A stretch of 64,000 nucleotides of DNA from a virus: the IMG/VR virus record IMGVR_UViG_2974639878_000001, positions 164,596 through 228,595 of that record; one strand, written 5' to 3'. This document shows positions 8,482 through 20,256 of the stretch, piece by piece; positions within the stretch are counted from its first letter, which is position 1, and every line of letters begins with the position of its first letter. The translations under genes were made by a program, and so were the position numbers. Under the pieces are notes generated by a model. The model was not told the DNA's origin. It searched no databases and was given only the letters and a program-made list of their open reading frames with translations.

Positions 8482-9927
8482 TTACTCTTTAACTAATGCA
8501 TAACGATCTACTAATAGCGTTTCTTTCATAATAGCTTCAGGTGAAAACTCATCTAAAGTATTAGAACAAACTGCTTTTAATAGAGAAGGAGAAAAGCTAG
8601 ATAATAAACAAGCACCTGATTCATCATATTTAACAGGAAAGTTATTATTAGAAGGAGTGTTAAGAACCCAAAAGATTAATTTAGGACATTTTAATCCTGC
8701 TTCTTTAAACTTAACTTGAGCATCAACATATGCTGAGCTTTCACGAGAATTAAAATTAAACTGAGTGTCACTGAAGAAAACTAAATATTCAGGTAATTGA
8801 TCTGAAGAAATATTATTAGAAACTACTAGATCTAATAGTAGTTTAAAGACACCTTCAACATTTGTACTATAACCAACTTGACTTTGAGCAATAAGATCAT
8901 AACGCTCTTTTAAAGTTTTACAATCTTTGAGATCAACAAAAGAAGGATGATCTGCAAATGTAGTTACAAGGTTTTTAAATGGACCTTCAATACGTTCACT
9001 GATGTAAGCACCTAAAGTAATTGCAATATGTTTATATGTTGCATTACCTACAGCAGGAGCTTCCATTGAACCACTTAAATCAACTACAGGAAGAATCGAT
9101 AAACCTTCTTTAATTAAATTAGGAAAGCTATTCCACTGAGCTTCTACAACAGGATTAGGTTCGAAATAAGGAGAATAACGAGACCCTAATATTGAATAAA
9201 CTTCAGAAATTTCATGAAGAAATAATGTAGACGAATTTAAAGTTGCAGTTCCCTCACTCACTTTATTAATAAAATCATTAAAACGATCTGAGTCTTTAGA
9301 CAAGAATGTATTTTTATAACGATTAAAAGCTTTAGAAGGAACTGTACTATAATCTATTTCAGCGATACGATGCTCACACAATAAACGTTCAGTAACTTTA
9401 GCTCGTAAAGGGACAATTAACTGTCTTAATTCTTTAGGAGTGACCTTAAGATAAGAACGTAACATAGATGCAACATTGCCTTTCAAAGGTAACCACTTTG
9501 CAACTAATATCTGAGTTTCAGGATTTTTCAAATGTTCAGCTAATAGTCGAATAATCTTTTTCTTAATACGAAGATCAACATCACATTCTACTAAATTAAA
9601 TAAATCAGGATAATACCCTAACTCTACAATTTTAGATAAAAGATTAGTTTTTAAAAATACATCAATATCTATATGAGCTAAATGAATCATACAGAGATTA
9701 AATGAATTACGAATACCTTTACCTTGTCTAATATCACGAGAATTCAAAAGATTACGAATTGCTAAATCTTTGTCTTCTAGATAAGCTTTTCGAAAATCTA
9801 AAATAGCTTCTTGAGAATAGTTAGGATCACCTAATTTAACAAAGAAATCTAAATTATGAGAAGCAGTACTAGAATAAGCTACTGCCCCATTAGTGGTTTG
9901 TGTTTTTAAAGCTGTTGCTGCAAACAT
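8482..9927 (-). CDS. DUF2828-type TROVE/Ro60-like protein with C-terminal vWA domain
   Basis: TTNGA...LDFF, RDIRQGKG.R, AKWLP, YSTVPSKA, VDLSGSM (MIDAS), FSDTQF. Confidence 0.85.
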   Translation of the reverse strand: MFAATALKTQTTNGAVAYSSTASHNLDFFVKLGDPNYSQEAILDFRKAYLEDKDLAIRNLLNSRDIRQGKGIRNSFNLCMIHLAHIDIDVFLKTNLLSKIVELGYYPDLFNLVECDVDLRIKKKIIRLLAEHLKNPETQILVAKWLPLKGNVASMLRSYLKVTPKELRQLIVPLRAKVTERLLCEHRIAEIDYSTVPSKAFNRYKNTFLSKDSDRFNDFINKVSEGTATLNSSTLFLHEISEVYSILGSRYSPYFEPNPVVEAQWNSFPNLIKEGLSILPVVDLSGSMEAPAVGNATYKHIAITLGAYISERIEGPFKNLVTTFADHPSFVDLKDCKTLKERYDLIAQSQVGYSTNVEGVFKLLLDLVVSNNISSDQLPEYLVFFSDTQFNFNSRESSAYVDAQVKFKEAGLKCPKLIFWVLNTPSNNNFPVKYDESGACLLSSFSPSLLKAVCSNTLDEFSPEAIMKETLLVDRYALVKE

Positions 9928-9942
9928 TATGTTATTACCTAA

Positions 9943-10383
9943 TTATCGAATACGTTTATGAAAAGATATAAAATCAGGATCATCTATAAAACGTTTAAAC
10001 ATTTTTAGATTATATTCTGAAAAAGGAGAAGAGGAAGGGTTGGTTAATTGTTCAGGAGTTACATACTCTACCTTAGCTCCTTCTTTATTCACAAAAGGAA
10101 GTTTTGGTAAGTCTTTAACAACACCATCATATACATAAGTTAATGTATCATACTCACCATCCCAATCTTGGAATAGAAACATTAATTTTGTAGGATCTAA
10201 CTCAATACCTACTTCTTCACGAACTTCACGAACAAGTCCTTGAATTAATGTTTCTTCTTCCTCTGCCTTACCACCTGGAAGTCCTAATAAATTATGATTG
10301 TCTTTACGTGATACTGATAACACCTTAGAACCAGTTTCTGGATCAGGGTAGAGTAAGAGTATAGCTTGTTTTAAATCTTTCAT
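9943..10383 (-). CDS. Nudix hydrolase
   Basis: Nudix box GLPGGKAE..E...REVREEVGI. Confidence 0.9.
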   Translation of the reverse strand: MKDLKQAILLLYPDPETGSKVLSVSRKDNHNLLGLPGGKAEEEETLIQGLVREVREEVGIELDPTKLMFLFQDWDGEYDTLTYVYDGVVKDLPKLPFVNKEGAKVEYVTPEQLTNPSSSPFSEYNLKMFKRFIDDPDFISFHKRIR

Positions 10384-10401
10384 TACGAGCTTCCTATAAG
10401 C

Positions 10402-11502
10402 TTAGAGAGCATATGCTGATTGGTTTGTTAAAAAACTTTTATACATTGGTTGAATAAGGAATTTAAGTCCTTGATGAATAATTGTAATTTCACGTGTCAT
10501 TGGATTTTGACTAATTTCACTATTCATGTGAGTAATATATACATCAAATGCTTGATCACCTAATTCTTCATCAGTTGAGTATGGGTTCCATTCATTACGA
10601 TGTTTATTTAAAAACTCTAATAAACATGAAGAATTAGCTACAAAATCAGCAGGATCATATTCAGAATTAGTATTAAGATTAAACGCTCGAATATTAAATT
10701 CAATAGTGTCATTATTCAATTGAGTTTTAATATTAAGAATTTCAGTTAAACTTGCAATTGACTCTTCAGGATACTGATTCATTTCTTTAATTAATACAGA
10801 TAACATATCAATATTAAATTTAGAGAACTTTCCTACAAATTCCAATACTTCACTAGTACGTGATTGATCTTCTAAGTTATCTTTCATGTACTCTTTAAGT
10901 AGTTCAATATCTAATGATTTGAACTCAATATTAAAATAAACACGACCAGGACGATTGCTAAAGTACTCTAAATGGTGACCATATAAAGTTGTATTAGCAG
11001 TCATTAAGAATAAAGTATGTTGAGGCCATGTACCATCTAATAAGCTTAACATAGAATTACGAGGTTCAGCTTCCATGTATACTTTTTCAAATTCATCAAT
11101 CACTACAATTTTATCTTGAGTAATACTTTGAAGGAATTGATTAAATGTAGAACCAGCATAAGGTTGATCAACAATTAAGACAATTCCTTGATGAGATTCT
11201 ACAAAGTTAATACAAATACGTTTAAGTAATAAGCTCTTACCACTTCCTTTTTCACCTACAAAGGCAGCAGATGTAGCTTTGTCTTGACGTTCAAAGTATG
11301 TATCTAAGATACGACCAGCCCAACGATCTGATTTTCCATATACTTTATGGTAAATAGTAAAAGGATTTGTAGGGCTTAAGAAGAATTGTTTAACTTGGTC
11401 ATCCCATTGAACAGAATAATAACCAGCTGGAATAACAGGTACAATAAACTTTGCTAGATTTTCAGCAACATAATAACCATTAGGTTTATTTAAATAAGAC
11501 AT
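10402..11502 (-). CDS. AAA+ ATPase
   Basis: Walker A GEKGSGKS, Walker B IDEFEK, NRPGR arginine finger. Confidence 0.9.
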   Translation of the reverse strand: MSYLNKPNGYYVAENLAKFIVPVIPAGYYSVQWDDQVKQFFLSPTNPFTIYHKVYGKSDRWAGRILDTYFERQDKATSAAFVGEKGSGKSLLLKRICINFVESHQGIVLIVDQPYAGSTFNQFLQSITQDKIVVIDEFEKVYMEAEPRNSMLSLLDGTWPQHTLFLMTANTTLYGHHLEYFSNRPGRVYFNIEFKSLDIELLKEYMKDNLEDQSRTSEVLEFVGKFSKFNIDMLSVLIKEMNQYPEESIASLTEILNIKTQLNNDTIEFNIRAFNLNTNSEYDPADFVANSSCLLEFLNKHRNEWNPYSTDEELGDQAFDVYITHMNSEISQNPMTREITIIHQGLKFLIQPMYKSFLTNQSAYAL

Positions 11503-12002
11503 TATAAAAGTCCTTGTCTGATTTCATTTCGAATTTGCATTAATACTTCACCAAGAAGATTACGACCATTCCATTGAGAAGGATCTGTAGCTCTTGGATC
11601 ATCTTCTTCTAAACCAACGCCCCAAATCTTATCATTAGGATTACATTCAACTAAGGTTAGTTCTTTAGTTGCTAATAAGTAGTCACGATACTTAGGAATA
11701 GTATATTTTTGACGATTAATTTCTAGCATATAGTTATAACGAACTTGTTCCCAAGATGCATCATTATAATTAGATACTTTACGACCGAGTTGCTTAGCTT
11801 GGATTGGCTGTAACTGAGTATTTTCTAAAAGCTTCATTGTAGCTTTATCATTAAAATGAAGAGCTTTAGCATACATAAAAGCATTTTCTGTATATAAAAA
11901 TGTAACACCTTTATATTCAAAACCAGCAAAAGCAAAATTACTAAATGGGCCTCTTAAAAAGAGTAAGTAATTATCTTTAATTGTACATTGAGGAATATTC
12001 AT
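11502..12002 (-). CDS. NADAR (YbiA-like) N-glycosidase / ADP-ribose hydrolase
   Basis: FSNF, E..FMY.KA..F.D, LVECNPNDKIWGVG, GRNLLGEVLMQIR. Confidence 0.92.
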   Translation of the reverse strand: MNIPQCTIKDNYLLFLRGPFSNFAFAGFEYKGVTFLYTENAFMYAKALHFNDKATMKLLENTQLQPIQAKQLGRKVSNYNDASWEQVRYNYMLEINRQKYTIPKYRDYLLATKELTLVECNPNDKIWGVGLEEDDPRATDPSQWNGRNLLGEVLMQIRNEIRQGLL

Positions 12003-15000
12003 TACATTATCCTAGGATTAATAATTTGAAGATATACAGCATTTTTATTAGGACCATTACTAAACTTAAAGTAAGAGTCAGAATTGGGTAAGAGCATTAT
12101 TAAATCATTGTAAACTTGCTTAGTGAAAATAAAAGTAATACCTTCATTTTCAATTAAGATGTTTTCAAAGTTACTGGGATCTTTACTCCCAAAAGCTAGT
12201 GCAAAAAGATCAGAATAACCAATTTGAGGAATAAAAGTAACAACTTCTAATTCAGGAGCTTTCCTATAAACTGAGAAGAAATTTTTCCACATTCGAAGTG
12301 TATTCTGATGAATATTTCCAGGATGTATTCGAATCTCAGGTACATAAAATTTATTTAACTTTGGCATGTTAAGCATTAACTGTTAATTCAAATGTAATCA
12401 CACTTGGTTCTGATAAAAATATTAAGCCTGTAGCATTTGAAGTTAATATAAAATATGAATCAGCTCTTGATAACTTATTATTTATATTCTCACGCATAGT
12501 GGCACTGAATCCAAATACTAACCCATTGGACTCAATAAAGAGCATATCTTGAGATGTATAATGTTCTTTATCTCTAGGTAATACTCTTACTATGTATAAT
12601 CCTTGTACGAATATGTTCGATATCATATACATAGAGAAAATCAACATTATCTCTAGAATTTAAAAAAGTTCTATACGAATCTGCTGTTTCCTGAATGATA
12701 TGTCCACCTACAATATTACATGGACTTACATTAAATTTTAAAAGGGGTTTCATCTTTCTTTAAACTCAAATCTGGAGTTTTGAGAATTATAATCCAGAAC
12801 AAAATCTAGTCCTCTAAATTTAGAAAATATTGACTGAATTACATAGAATACATTGTTATCAATATAGAAGGACTTCAGATTAGTTTTAAATATAATCTTT
12901 AATGAATTTTCAGTTGGTATATAAACAGGTGAAACTAATACAGATTGATTTGAAAGCTGAGATATTAAAAATTTAGAAACACCAGCTTCTCTATAAAGGG
13001 CTAAAGCTGCTTTAGCTGAATCAGATATATATAGTGAGTACTGAGATAAGTCAACAAATTGATTAAGTTTATTCATGAGGTTTGCAATCAATAATTTTAT
13101 AAGGTTCTTTAAAATCTATTAAAGGTAATAATCCATATCTAATGCTTTTAGGTCCAAATACATAATCTGTTTCAAATGATTTACGCATAACTTGACCATC
13201 TATATAAATAATGCATTGATTGATTTTAAACCATACAGAATCTTTTAAATCATATTTTGAAGGAGGAACTCGATAGAATCCTAAACAATCCTCAGCGTAT
13301 GTACTATCACTAATATAGACACTTTTATAGATATCCTTTATTTTTAATAATCTACTATACATATCTAAACACATTCGTATAGAATGATTTATCTTAAACC
13401 GAGATAAAGTGTTCATAATTATAAGACCTCAACGTCAATATATGCTGATGATGGGTTATCAATCATACGAAATGAATAACTAGCAAAAGAGTCTCTAAGC
13501 ATAACATGCCCAGAGATAAAGAAATCAGTTAAGTCCCCACTAATTGAAACAATTTGTTGATTACTCAATCGTATTTTTATCTCATTATATGATTCATATA
13601 AGGCAGGTTTGATTCCACCTAAATGTACCTGATCGATCCCTTTTGAATAACGAGCAATATGTAGATGACCAAATTTTCCTGTATACTTAATAAGCTCCTC
13701 TACACAACTTGAGTGTACTTTTATAGTAGTTAATTTTTTAAATTTAAGAAGAGTTGCCATTAAATCACATCCACTGGTAAATACTCATTATTTATATTAA
13801 AAGGAACAGCACAATAAGACAACAATGAACTTCCAAGTTGTTTCTCTAAACAAAAACCATTTGATAGTAAATGAGCTATATCACCACTTATATAAATAGG
13901 ACAATTAATACCTATTCTAATTGCAAAAGAGCCTTCATCAATAAACTGTTTTGGTTTTATTGTCTGCAACAGATTTGCTGAAATATGTTCACTAATTTTG
14001 CTAATATATAATCTCATTTGGTATTTAGAATAAATTCGTAAATCATTAAAACAATCTTGACTTAATTTTATAGTTGTTGGAAGTTTAAATTTATTCAATT
14101 TTTGCATATTAATCCTTTATATATTAAGTAATCACTTCATCTAATGTTTTATAAAGGATATTTGATTCTTCTTTTTTACAAAATAATCCTTCTCCAGGAA
14201 TTCGATAAATTACCTTTTGAAGATCATAGTCTTTCTCAACTAAAATAGTAAGATAACCGTCACTATATATATTCATATTATTAATAACAGATTGAGCACA
14301 ATGACGTTTATAATAAACATGAAGTCGTGATCTACGTGTAGTATCTAAAGTTAATACAATAGAATCATTAACTCCTGATAATAATTCATATAGTTCATAT
14401 TCTAATTTTAAACCTTGAAAAGACTTAAACTTTTGTAAACTATTCATATACTTCTATAAACTCTTCTTCTCGTATATCTCTAATAATACATCCTCTACCT
14501 GGATATTCATCATATTTACGAGACATAACTTTGCTATCATTTTGAAGTAATTTAACTATGTCACCTGACATATGTAAGGTACAATTATTTTTAAAAGGAA
14601 TTTTTAAAGAATCTTCTTCACAGTAATTCCTGTTGGTTTGAGTATAAAAACTAATAGCTTCTTTAAACTCAGGAACATCTTCTCTAGACATGTATTGTAT
14701 ATAGATATTTTTATAAGTTCTTGAATGTTCTAATACACTGTTATAGACATCTTTAGTAAATTTAATAGAAGGTGGTAATTTGAATTTAGATAGTTTCATA
14801 TTGATCCTCAAGATTTATTTCAATTACTTCATCTAAGTCACTTAAGTCATCAATTGAACTAATTATATAATCACCTGTAACTCCTCTAGCCATACATGCA
14901 TTAGAGTTCAATTTATCTATAATGCTTCCGCATATAACTAAAGTATTATTTTGAAAAAGTTTAATTATACCTTTTGTATCTAATTGCATTCGTTTCCGAG

Positions 15001-16418
15001 GTATGGAATACAAAGAAAATTCATCTCGATCAAACCAGCAAGCATACATAATATTATGAGCTTTAGAATAGTTTATAAAGGTATCATAGAGGTCTTTAGT
15101 TATTTTTATAGATTTTGTATCTATAAATTTTTGTAATTTATTCATAATATATTTCTATTAATTCATCTTGAGATACTAATTCTTTATCAATTATTTCATA
15201 CACATTTTTAGATATTCTAGATAAACATACAGACTCATTTAATTGTTGAGCAACTGTACCACATATAAATAATAAAAAGTTATTTTCAAATCTTAAACAT
15301 ATATCATTTACAGCTTGATAATTTGGAAGAGCTTTACTATACAGCACAATAGTACTACTACCTTGCTGTTGTATAACTAGTACCTTCTGCATAGCAAAAT
15401 TATGAGAGAGATCAAGTGCTACTCTATGTGTTATGAATACACTTTTACGAATTTTAAATTTACTCAATTGCATCATAACAGTCTATTTCTATAACTTCTT
15501 CAAAAGTACTATTAAGAAAAACATAAACCCCTGGTTCTTTTCTATATAAATATTTTCCTTCTTCTATATCTAAACTATTTAAATAGAAGCGGGTTTGATC
15601 TATATAGAAAATTACATATCTATCTAAAGAAAATTTTTTTGGACGACGAGTTCCTAAATATAATCCTTCATCATTAGAATAAAAATAAAAATCTCTTGAA
15701 TTAAATTTAGTCAAAAATTGGTAAAAAGAATGTGTAATTAATAGGGTAGTTTTAATTTTAAAAGACTTAAGAAAAGCCATAAATTTCTATCTCCATAATT
15801 TCTTCGTCTACATTATGAAGAAATTGATAATCAGCAGCACCTAATCTATGTAAAATTTTTCCTTGAAGAATACTTTCAAAATGTTCGGGATTTAATAACA
15901 TATTAGAAGTTCCAATTCTAAATCTAATATAATTTATTCTTGAAACAGGTCGAATCATTTGAAGTCGCATACCACTATCACGATTGTTAACAAAAGTTAA
16001 AGGACTTAACTCTATATCATTTATAAATTTATATGTTGACTTCGATATACGTATTACAGAAATTGTTTTGAATTTATTAAGCTTCTTCATCAATGATTTC
16101 AAAACTCCTAAAAGGTATATCAGTTTTAATAAACTTAGATACAATTCCATCCTTAACCAAAGCAGTACCTTCTTCAATACTATTTAAATGCCTTCTTGTT
16201 ATATAGCATTTAATATTATCAATATAAAAATGTACATAAGGTCCTAAATCATAATGCCTTGCTAGATACATAACCCAACGATCAGCATCCATATGATAAT
16301 ATGTAAGGACAATCTCAGTTTCTTCATATCCTTCAAGATGATGTTTTAGTTCAGTAATCAAACTATCTGTTATGTTAATAACTTTAGAAAAAGTTTTAAA
16401 CTTATTAAATTTTTTCAT
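12002..16418 (-). repeat. Tandem array of ~13 divergent small paralogous genes (106-136 aa) starting M-x-K-L-x-K-F-K
   Basis: N-termini PKLNKFY, NKLNQF, TLSRFK, TLLKFK, QKLNKFK, SLQKFK, KLSKFK, KLQKF, QLSKFK, FLKSFK, KKLNKFK, KKFNKFK; several end in EVIEI-like tails. Confidence 0.8.
12369..12753 (-). pseudogene. Array member split by a +1 frameshift (MKPLLKFN... 12753-12574 joined to the 12647-12369 frame)
   Basis: Family N-terminus in one frame ending at TAG 12574; the rest is in the +1 frame; joined length ~127 aa matches siblings. Confidence 0.6.
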
Positions 16419-16980
16419 CTTCTATATCCTGATGATATTTTTCGATAATGTCATCTAAAGAAAATACTTTGTGTTCTACGTCAAGACCAACATCATATTG
16501 GAACTTCTTACGATCTTTATAAGTACCGTGACAATGACCAAATAAATTAATTGATCCTCGATGAGACTGATCCCAAGAACCTAATGGATAATGACTCATA
16601 GTAATACGAGTAGTTAAAGAATCTGAAATTTTAACATCTCTTAAACAGAAGTAATGATTTATATATTTATGAGGATTTAGTTTATAGACTTGTTGAAAAG
16701 CTTGCATAATCATATTAGCAAATTTTTCATCATGATTACCTAAAGCGATATAAACCAAAACACCCTTATCTTTAAAATATGTAAAGAACTTAATAAACTC
16801 TTGCAACTTAATCCTAAAATTACAAGAGATATCTCCTAATAAGTAGAGAATATCTCCTGATTTTAAATGATCAAATTTAGACATGATCCATTGATTATGC
16901 TCTTCTTCAGTACATGGACGATTACAATATTTAATGATATTTTTGTGCGACAGGTGCAAATCCGATGAGAAATGGATCAT
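16405..16980 (-). CDS. Calcineurin-like metallophosphoesterase
   Basis: SDLHLSH, LGD, GNHD, SHYP, GHCH. Confidence 0.9.
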   Translation of the reverse strand: MIHFSSDLHLSHKNIIKYCNRPCTEEEHNQWIMSKFDHLKSGDILYLLGDISCNFRIKLQEFIKFFTYFKDKGVLVYIALGNHDEKFANMIMQAFQQVYKLNPHKYINHYFCLRDVKISDSLTTRITMSHYPLGSWDQSHRGSINLFGHCHGTYKDRKKFQYDVGLDVEHKVFSLDDIIEKYHQDIEDEKI

Positions 16981-16989
16981 TTTTTTAAA

Positions 16990-17304
16990 TCACTCTTCTT
17001 CAATTTCTAAATCTAGGGATGGAGTATCTCCACGAGAATCACTTCCAAATAATGATTCAATAGTTTTAGCTTCTTCGTCTGTTAATTCTTTAATTTTGAG
17101 AGTACTGAATACATCATCATAATTACGATAATAGATTTCTTCATTAGTACCAACCCAATGAATAAGGGGCTCACCACCATTTTTAAAATATTTTTCAATA
17201 TCTTTTAAATAATTGTCAAGCCAATCTTTATCACAAATAGTCCATCCGTAGATGTCCATTTCATCAGCCCAGTTATCATTAACTTGTACTAACACTTGGG
17301 TCAT
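16990..17304 (-). CDS. Acidic hypothetical protein
   Basis: 104-aa ORF. Confidence 0.55.
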   Translation of the reverse strand: MTQVLVQVNDNWADEMDIYGWTICDKDWLDNYLKDIEKYFKNGGEPLIHWVGTNEEIYYRNYDDVFSTLKIKELTDEEAKTIESLFGSDSRGDTPSLDLEIEEE

Positions 17305-17307
17305 TTA

Positions 17308-17628
17308 TTACACTCCTAAACGTTCTTTAAGAACAGCTAAAGGAGCCATACCACGAACAGTATTAGTAACTACACCATTTTCATAAACTAACATAGTAGG
17401 TACGGTAGTAATATTTAATTCTTTAGCTAAATTTTGTAAATCGTCTGTTTCAGGAGTCAAAGAAAAGAAAGACACACCTTCTGTTTCTTGTGAAAGTTTA
17501 TTAAATAAAGGAGCTAAAGCTTTACATGGAGCACAAGTACTTGTACTAATTTTAACAATACTTTTTTGTGTATTTGTAAGCACATCAGATTTATATTGTT
17601 CTGATGATTGAATTTCAATAATTGACAT
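17308..17628 (-). CDS. trx: Thioredoxin
   Basis: CAPC active site, ITTVPT cis-Pro motif. Confidence 0.9.
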   Translation of the reverse strand: MSIIEIQSSEQYKSDVLTNTQKSIVKISTSTCAPCKALAPLFNKLSQETEGVSFFSLTPETDDLQNLAKELNITTVPTMLVYENGVVTNTVRGMAPLAVLKERLGV

Positions 17629-17637
17629 ATATTCTTC

Positions 17638-18051
17638 TTATTTTTTATTAACTAATTGTGAAATTGTTTTAGCATCGTATTGAGATACATGGTAATTAGC
17701 TTTAAACCAGTTCATAACAAATGCAGTTTTATTACCTTTATCTTCAGACCAATTTCCACACACTCTTTCAACAATTTCAATTGTTTTTTCAGGAGATAAT
17801 GGTTGAGGTAATAAACTATTTAAAATTTCTAATTCTTCACGTGCAACTTCATTTAAAGGAGAGACACTTAATACTTGTAAAGCTGAATCACGAAACTTTT
17901 TTAAAGTATCTAAAGTAATAGTATTTCTATCTGCTTTTACTTTCTTTTCGGCTTGTTGAACTTCACCTAAAATAGTTGTAAACAGATTTGTATGAACTTT
18001 ATTCTTATTTTTACGAGCTTCTAATGATTTTTCAGTAATTGTTTGAAACAT
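17638..18051 (-). CDS. GatB/YqeY-domain protein
   Basis: EARKNK...ILGE...ELEILNSLLPQPLS pattern. Confidence 0.8.
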   Translation of the reverse strand: MFQTITEKSLEARKNKNKVHTNLFTTILGEVQQAEKKVKADRNTITLDTLKKFRDSALQVLSVSPLNEVAREELEILNSLLPQPLSPEKTIEIVERVCGNWSEDKGNKTAFVMNWFKANYHVSQYDAKTISQLVNKK

Positions 18052-18063
18052 TTTATATCCAAT

Positions 18064-18100
18064 AAAAAAGCCTCTACTATAATTTAGTAGAGGCTTTTAT
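18064..18100. terminator. Intrinsic terminator
   Basis: aaaagcctctacta/tagtagaggctttt flanked by A and T runs. Confidence 0.85.
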
Positions 18101-18101
18101 T

Positions 18102-18792
18102 TTAAGTTAAAGGAAGTATAACTGATCTTACAACATCATCTGATCCACGTACAGAGATCTTTAAATTGAAATCATCTATAACACTTAAAGATATATTAGA
18201 AGGTAATCTAGCAGAATCTACTTTAGTACTCAAACCACTTGTTATTGTGGAATTTAAAGTAGATTCAAGAGTAGATACCTTAGAATCAACATATGGCTTA
18301 ATAGAATGAGGATCTTCTGAAGTTGTATGTTCTTCAATCTTTCTATCTAGTTCCATATCAACATAGTCGACATTATTATTAGAGATTTTGTTTAACATCT
18401 CATTTTGAATATCAACCATATTAACAGTAATAGAGTGGGGATCTAACATAGTAATAGGTAATTGACTAAGAGAGATCATCCCATTAACTAAATCTGCTTT
18501 AGTGTTATTAAGATTTTGAATAGCAGGATTGAATGTATCTCTCACTGCTTGTTCTCTCAAATCTATATACTGTTTTTGACTAATAGATAATGGTTTATCT
18601 ATATCACTAGTATTATCTACTTTATCGAGATCTAAAATTTGAGGAACATCAAGTAGTACCCAATTCTTTAATTTCTGAGTAGTTAGATGATATTTACCAC
18701 GTCCGAGCAATAGGTATTTGTTCAATACCTACTAACTCATGAGGAAATTCTGGTACTTGACTTATTGTTTGCCCAAGATAAGCATCAGCCAT
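18102..18792 (-). CDS. Virion/tail-fibre-type protein, 229 aa, requiring a +1 frame change at CGGA (18702-18705)
   Basis: ATG 18792: MADAYLGQTISQVPEFPHELVGIEQIPIA then CGG ACG TGG TAA; +1 frame continues GRGKYHLTTQKLK; LDKVDNTSDIDKPLS and H..DPH motifs typical of tail fibres. Confidence 0.8.
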
Positions 18793-18804
18793 TATAATTC
18801 TTCC

Positions 18805-20250
18805 TTATGTTCTTTGTTGAAAACCAAAACCAGTATTTACTAATTCTGTGCTTTCATTTTCACGTCTACCTGCTAATAAAGCAAATAGATTAGCTAAAGT
18901 AATACGATCTGGAAGACTTTCTTCTAAGTCTAAACGATCACAACGATTTAGTACTTTAACTGCTTGTTCTTTATGCAATGCATCTACATGAATAGCTTTA
19001 TAGCAACGGCCTTCACGTAATAGAGCTTCATCAACATCTGCTAAATTATTTAAGTTAGAAGTAAAGATAACTTTCTTTTCTTTCTTAGCTGTTAATCCAT
19101 CAGTGATGTTAAGAAGTTTTTTCATCACTTCATTACCATCTTTCTGACGACTATTAATATAAGTATCAGCATCTTCAATAATTAAGAATCGTTCATCACT
19201 ATCATAGAAATGAGAGAATAACGAATCCATATTAGCAATATCTTTATTGTATGTGATTAAACAAGATTCATTAGCATAATGTAAAATTTGCTTTAATAAA
19301 CTTGTTTTACCAGTACCTGGAGCTCCATACAATAATAACACAGCTGAATCAGATTCTAAATAGCCATTAATAAAATCTTGAAGATTAATATCATTTAAGA
19401 AAGGATAAGCTTCTTCAATAAAAGTCTTATTACGAGGAATTGGAATAGTTTTAATATTCAAATCACCTGACTGTGTAATACGATCAACCCATTGAACTTC
19501 AACTGTCTTAGGTTTTAATTCTAATAAAGGGTGAAGTTCTTCAGCTAATGTAGTAGGCATGATTGCATTATTAATAAAGTAATCAGCAGGAACCTTATGA
19601 GTATGTTCAATAGATATAAAACCACCATCCATTAAAATCTCATAATGCTTTTGAAGCTTTTCACCATAATGAGTAAATACTGTTAAAGCTTTTGATTTAG
19701 CAAATTCTAAAATAGCTTCAAATGATGCTTTTGTAATTTCAGTATATGTATAAGTAGATAAAGGAATTCCTTTATCTAAAGAATTTTGTTGAATATTAAC
19801 TAGGTACTGCATACCGAATGAAGCAGTAACAATACTAGGACTTAAATTATTTTGAGAAGTCATTGGAGGGCTCATAGGAATATTATATACAGGTACTTTA
19901 GTATAAGCTGGATTTACATCTGGTGAATGATAATAGTTAGGACCACTTACTGCGTAGACATGCTTGCCTGTATAAGATACTTGAAGATCATATGAATCTC
20001 TGGGGTTAGCATTGTACTGTGGACCAACCCCTGTAAGAGTATTATAAATAGACTTATTAAAACTTGAAGCAGTAATTTGTCTTAAAAAAGTTCTATAATA
20101 CATAGATACGTAACTAATACGATCATATGAATTTAACTCTCCAAACTCATTATTAACAGTTGGAGAAACACCTTCAACAATTTTAAAAGCGTTTCTAAAT
20201 ATAGACATTATTTGAAATGGTCTATGTCTTCGAAGAGTTACTCTTGCCAT
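18805..20250 (-). CDS. AAA+ ATPase (C-terminal AAA domain)
   Basis: GAPGTGKT, IIEDAD, LLNITDG, ALLREGR. Confidence 0.9.
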   Translation of the reverse strand: MARVTLRRHRPFQIMSIFRNAFKIVEGVSPTVNNEFGELNSYDRISYVSMYYRTFLRQITASSFNKSIYNTLTGVGPQYNANPRDSYDLQVSYTGKHVYAVSGPNYYHSPDVNPAYTKVPVYNIPMSPPMTSQNNLSPSIVTASFGMQYLVNIQQNSLDKGIPLSTYTYTEITKASFEAILEFAKSKALTVFTHYGEKLQKHYEILMDGGFISIEHTHKVPADYFINNAIMPTTLAEELHPLLELKPKTVEVQWVDRITQSGDLNIKTIPIPRNKTFIEEAYPFLNDINLQDFINGYLESDSAVLLLYGAPGTGKTSLLKQILHYANESCLITYNKDIANMDSLFSHFYDSDERFLIIEDADTYINSRQKDGNEVMKKLLNITDGLTAKKEKKVIFTSNLNNLADVDEALLREGRCYKAIHVDALHKEQAVKVLNRCDRLDLEESLPDRITLANLFALLAGRRENESTELVNTGFGFQQRT

Positions 20251-20256
20251 ATTATA

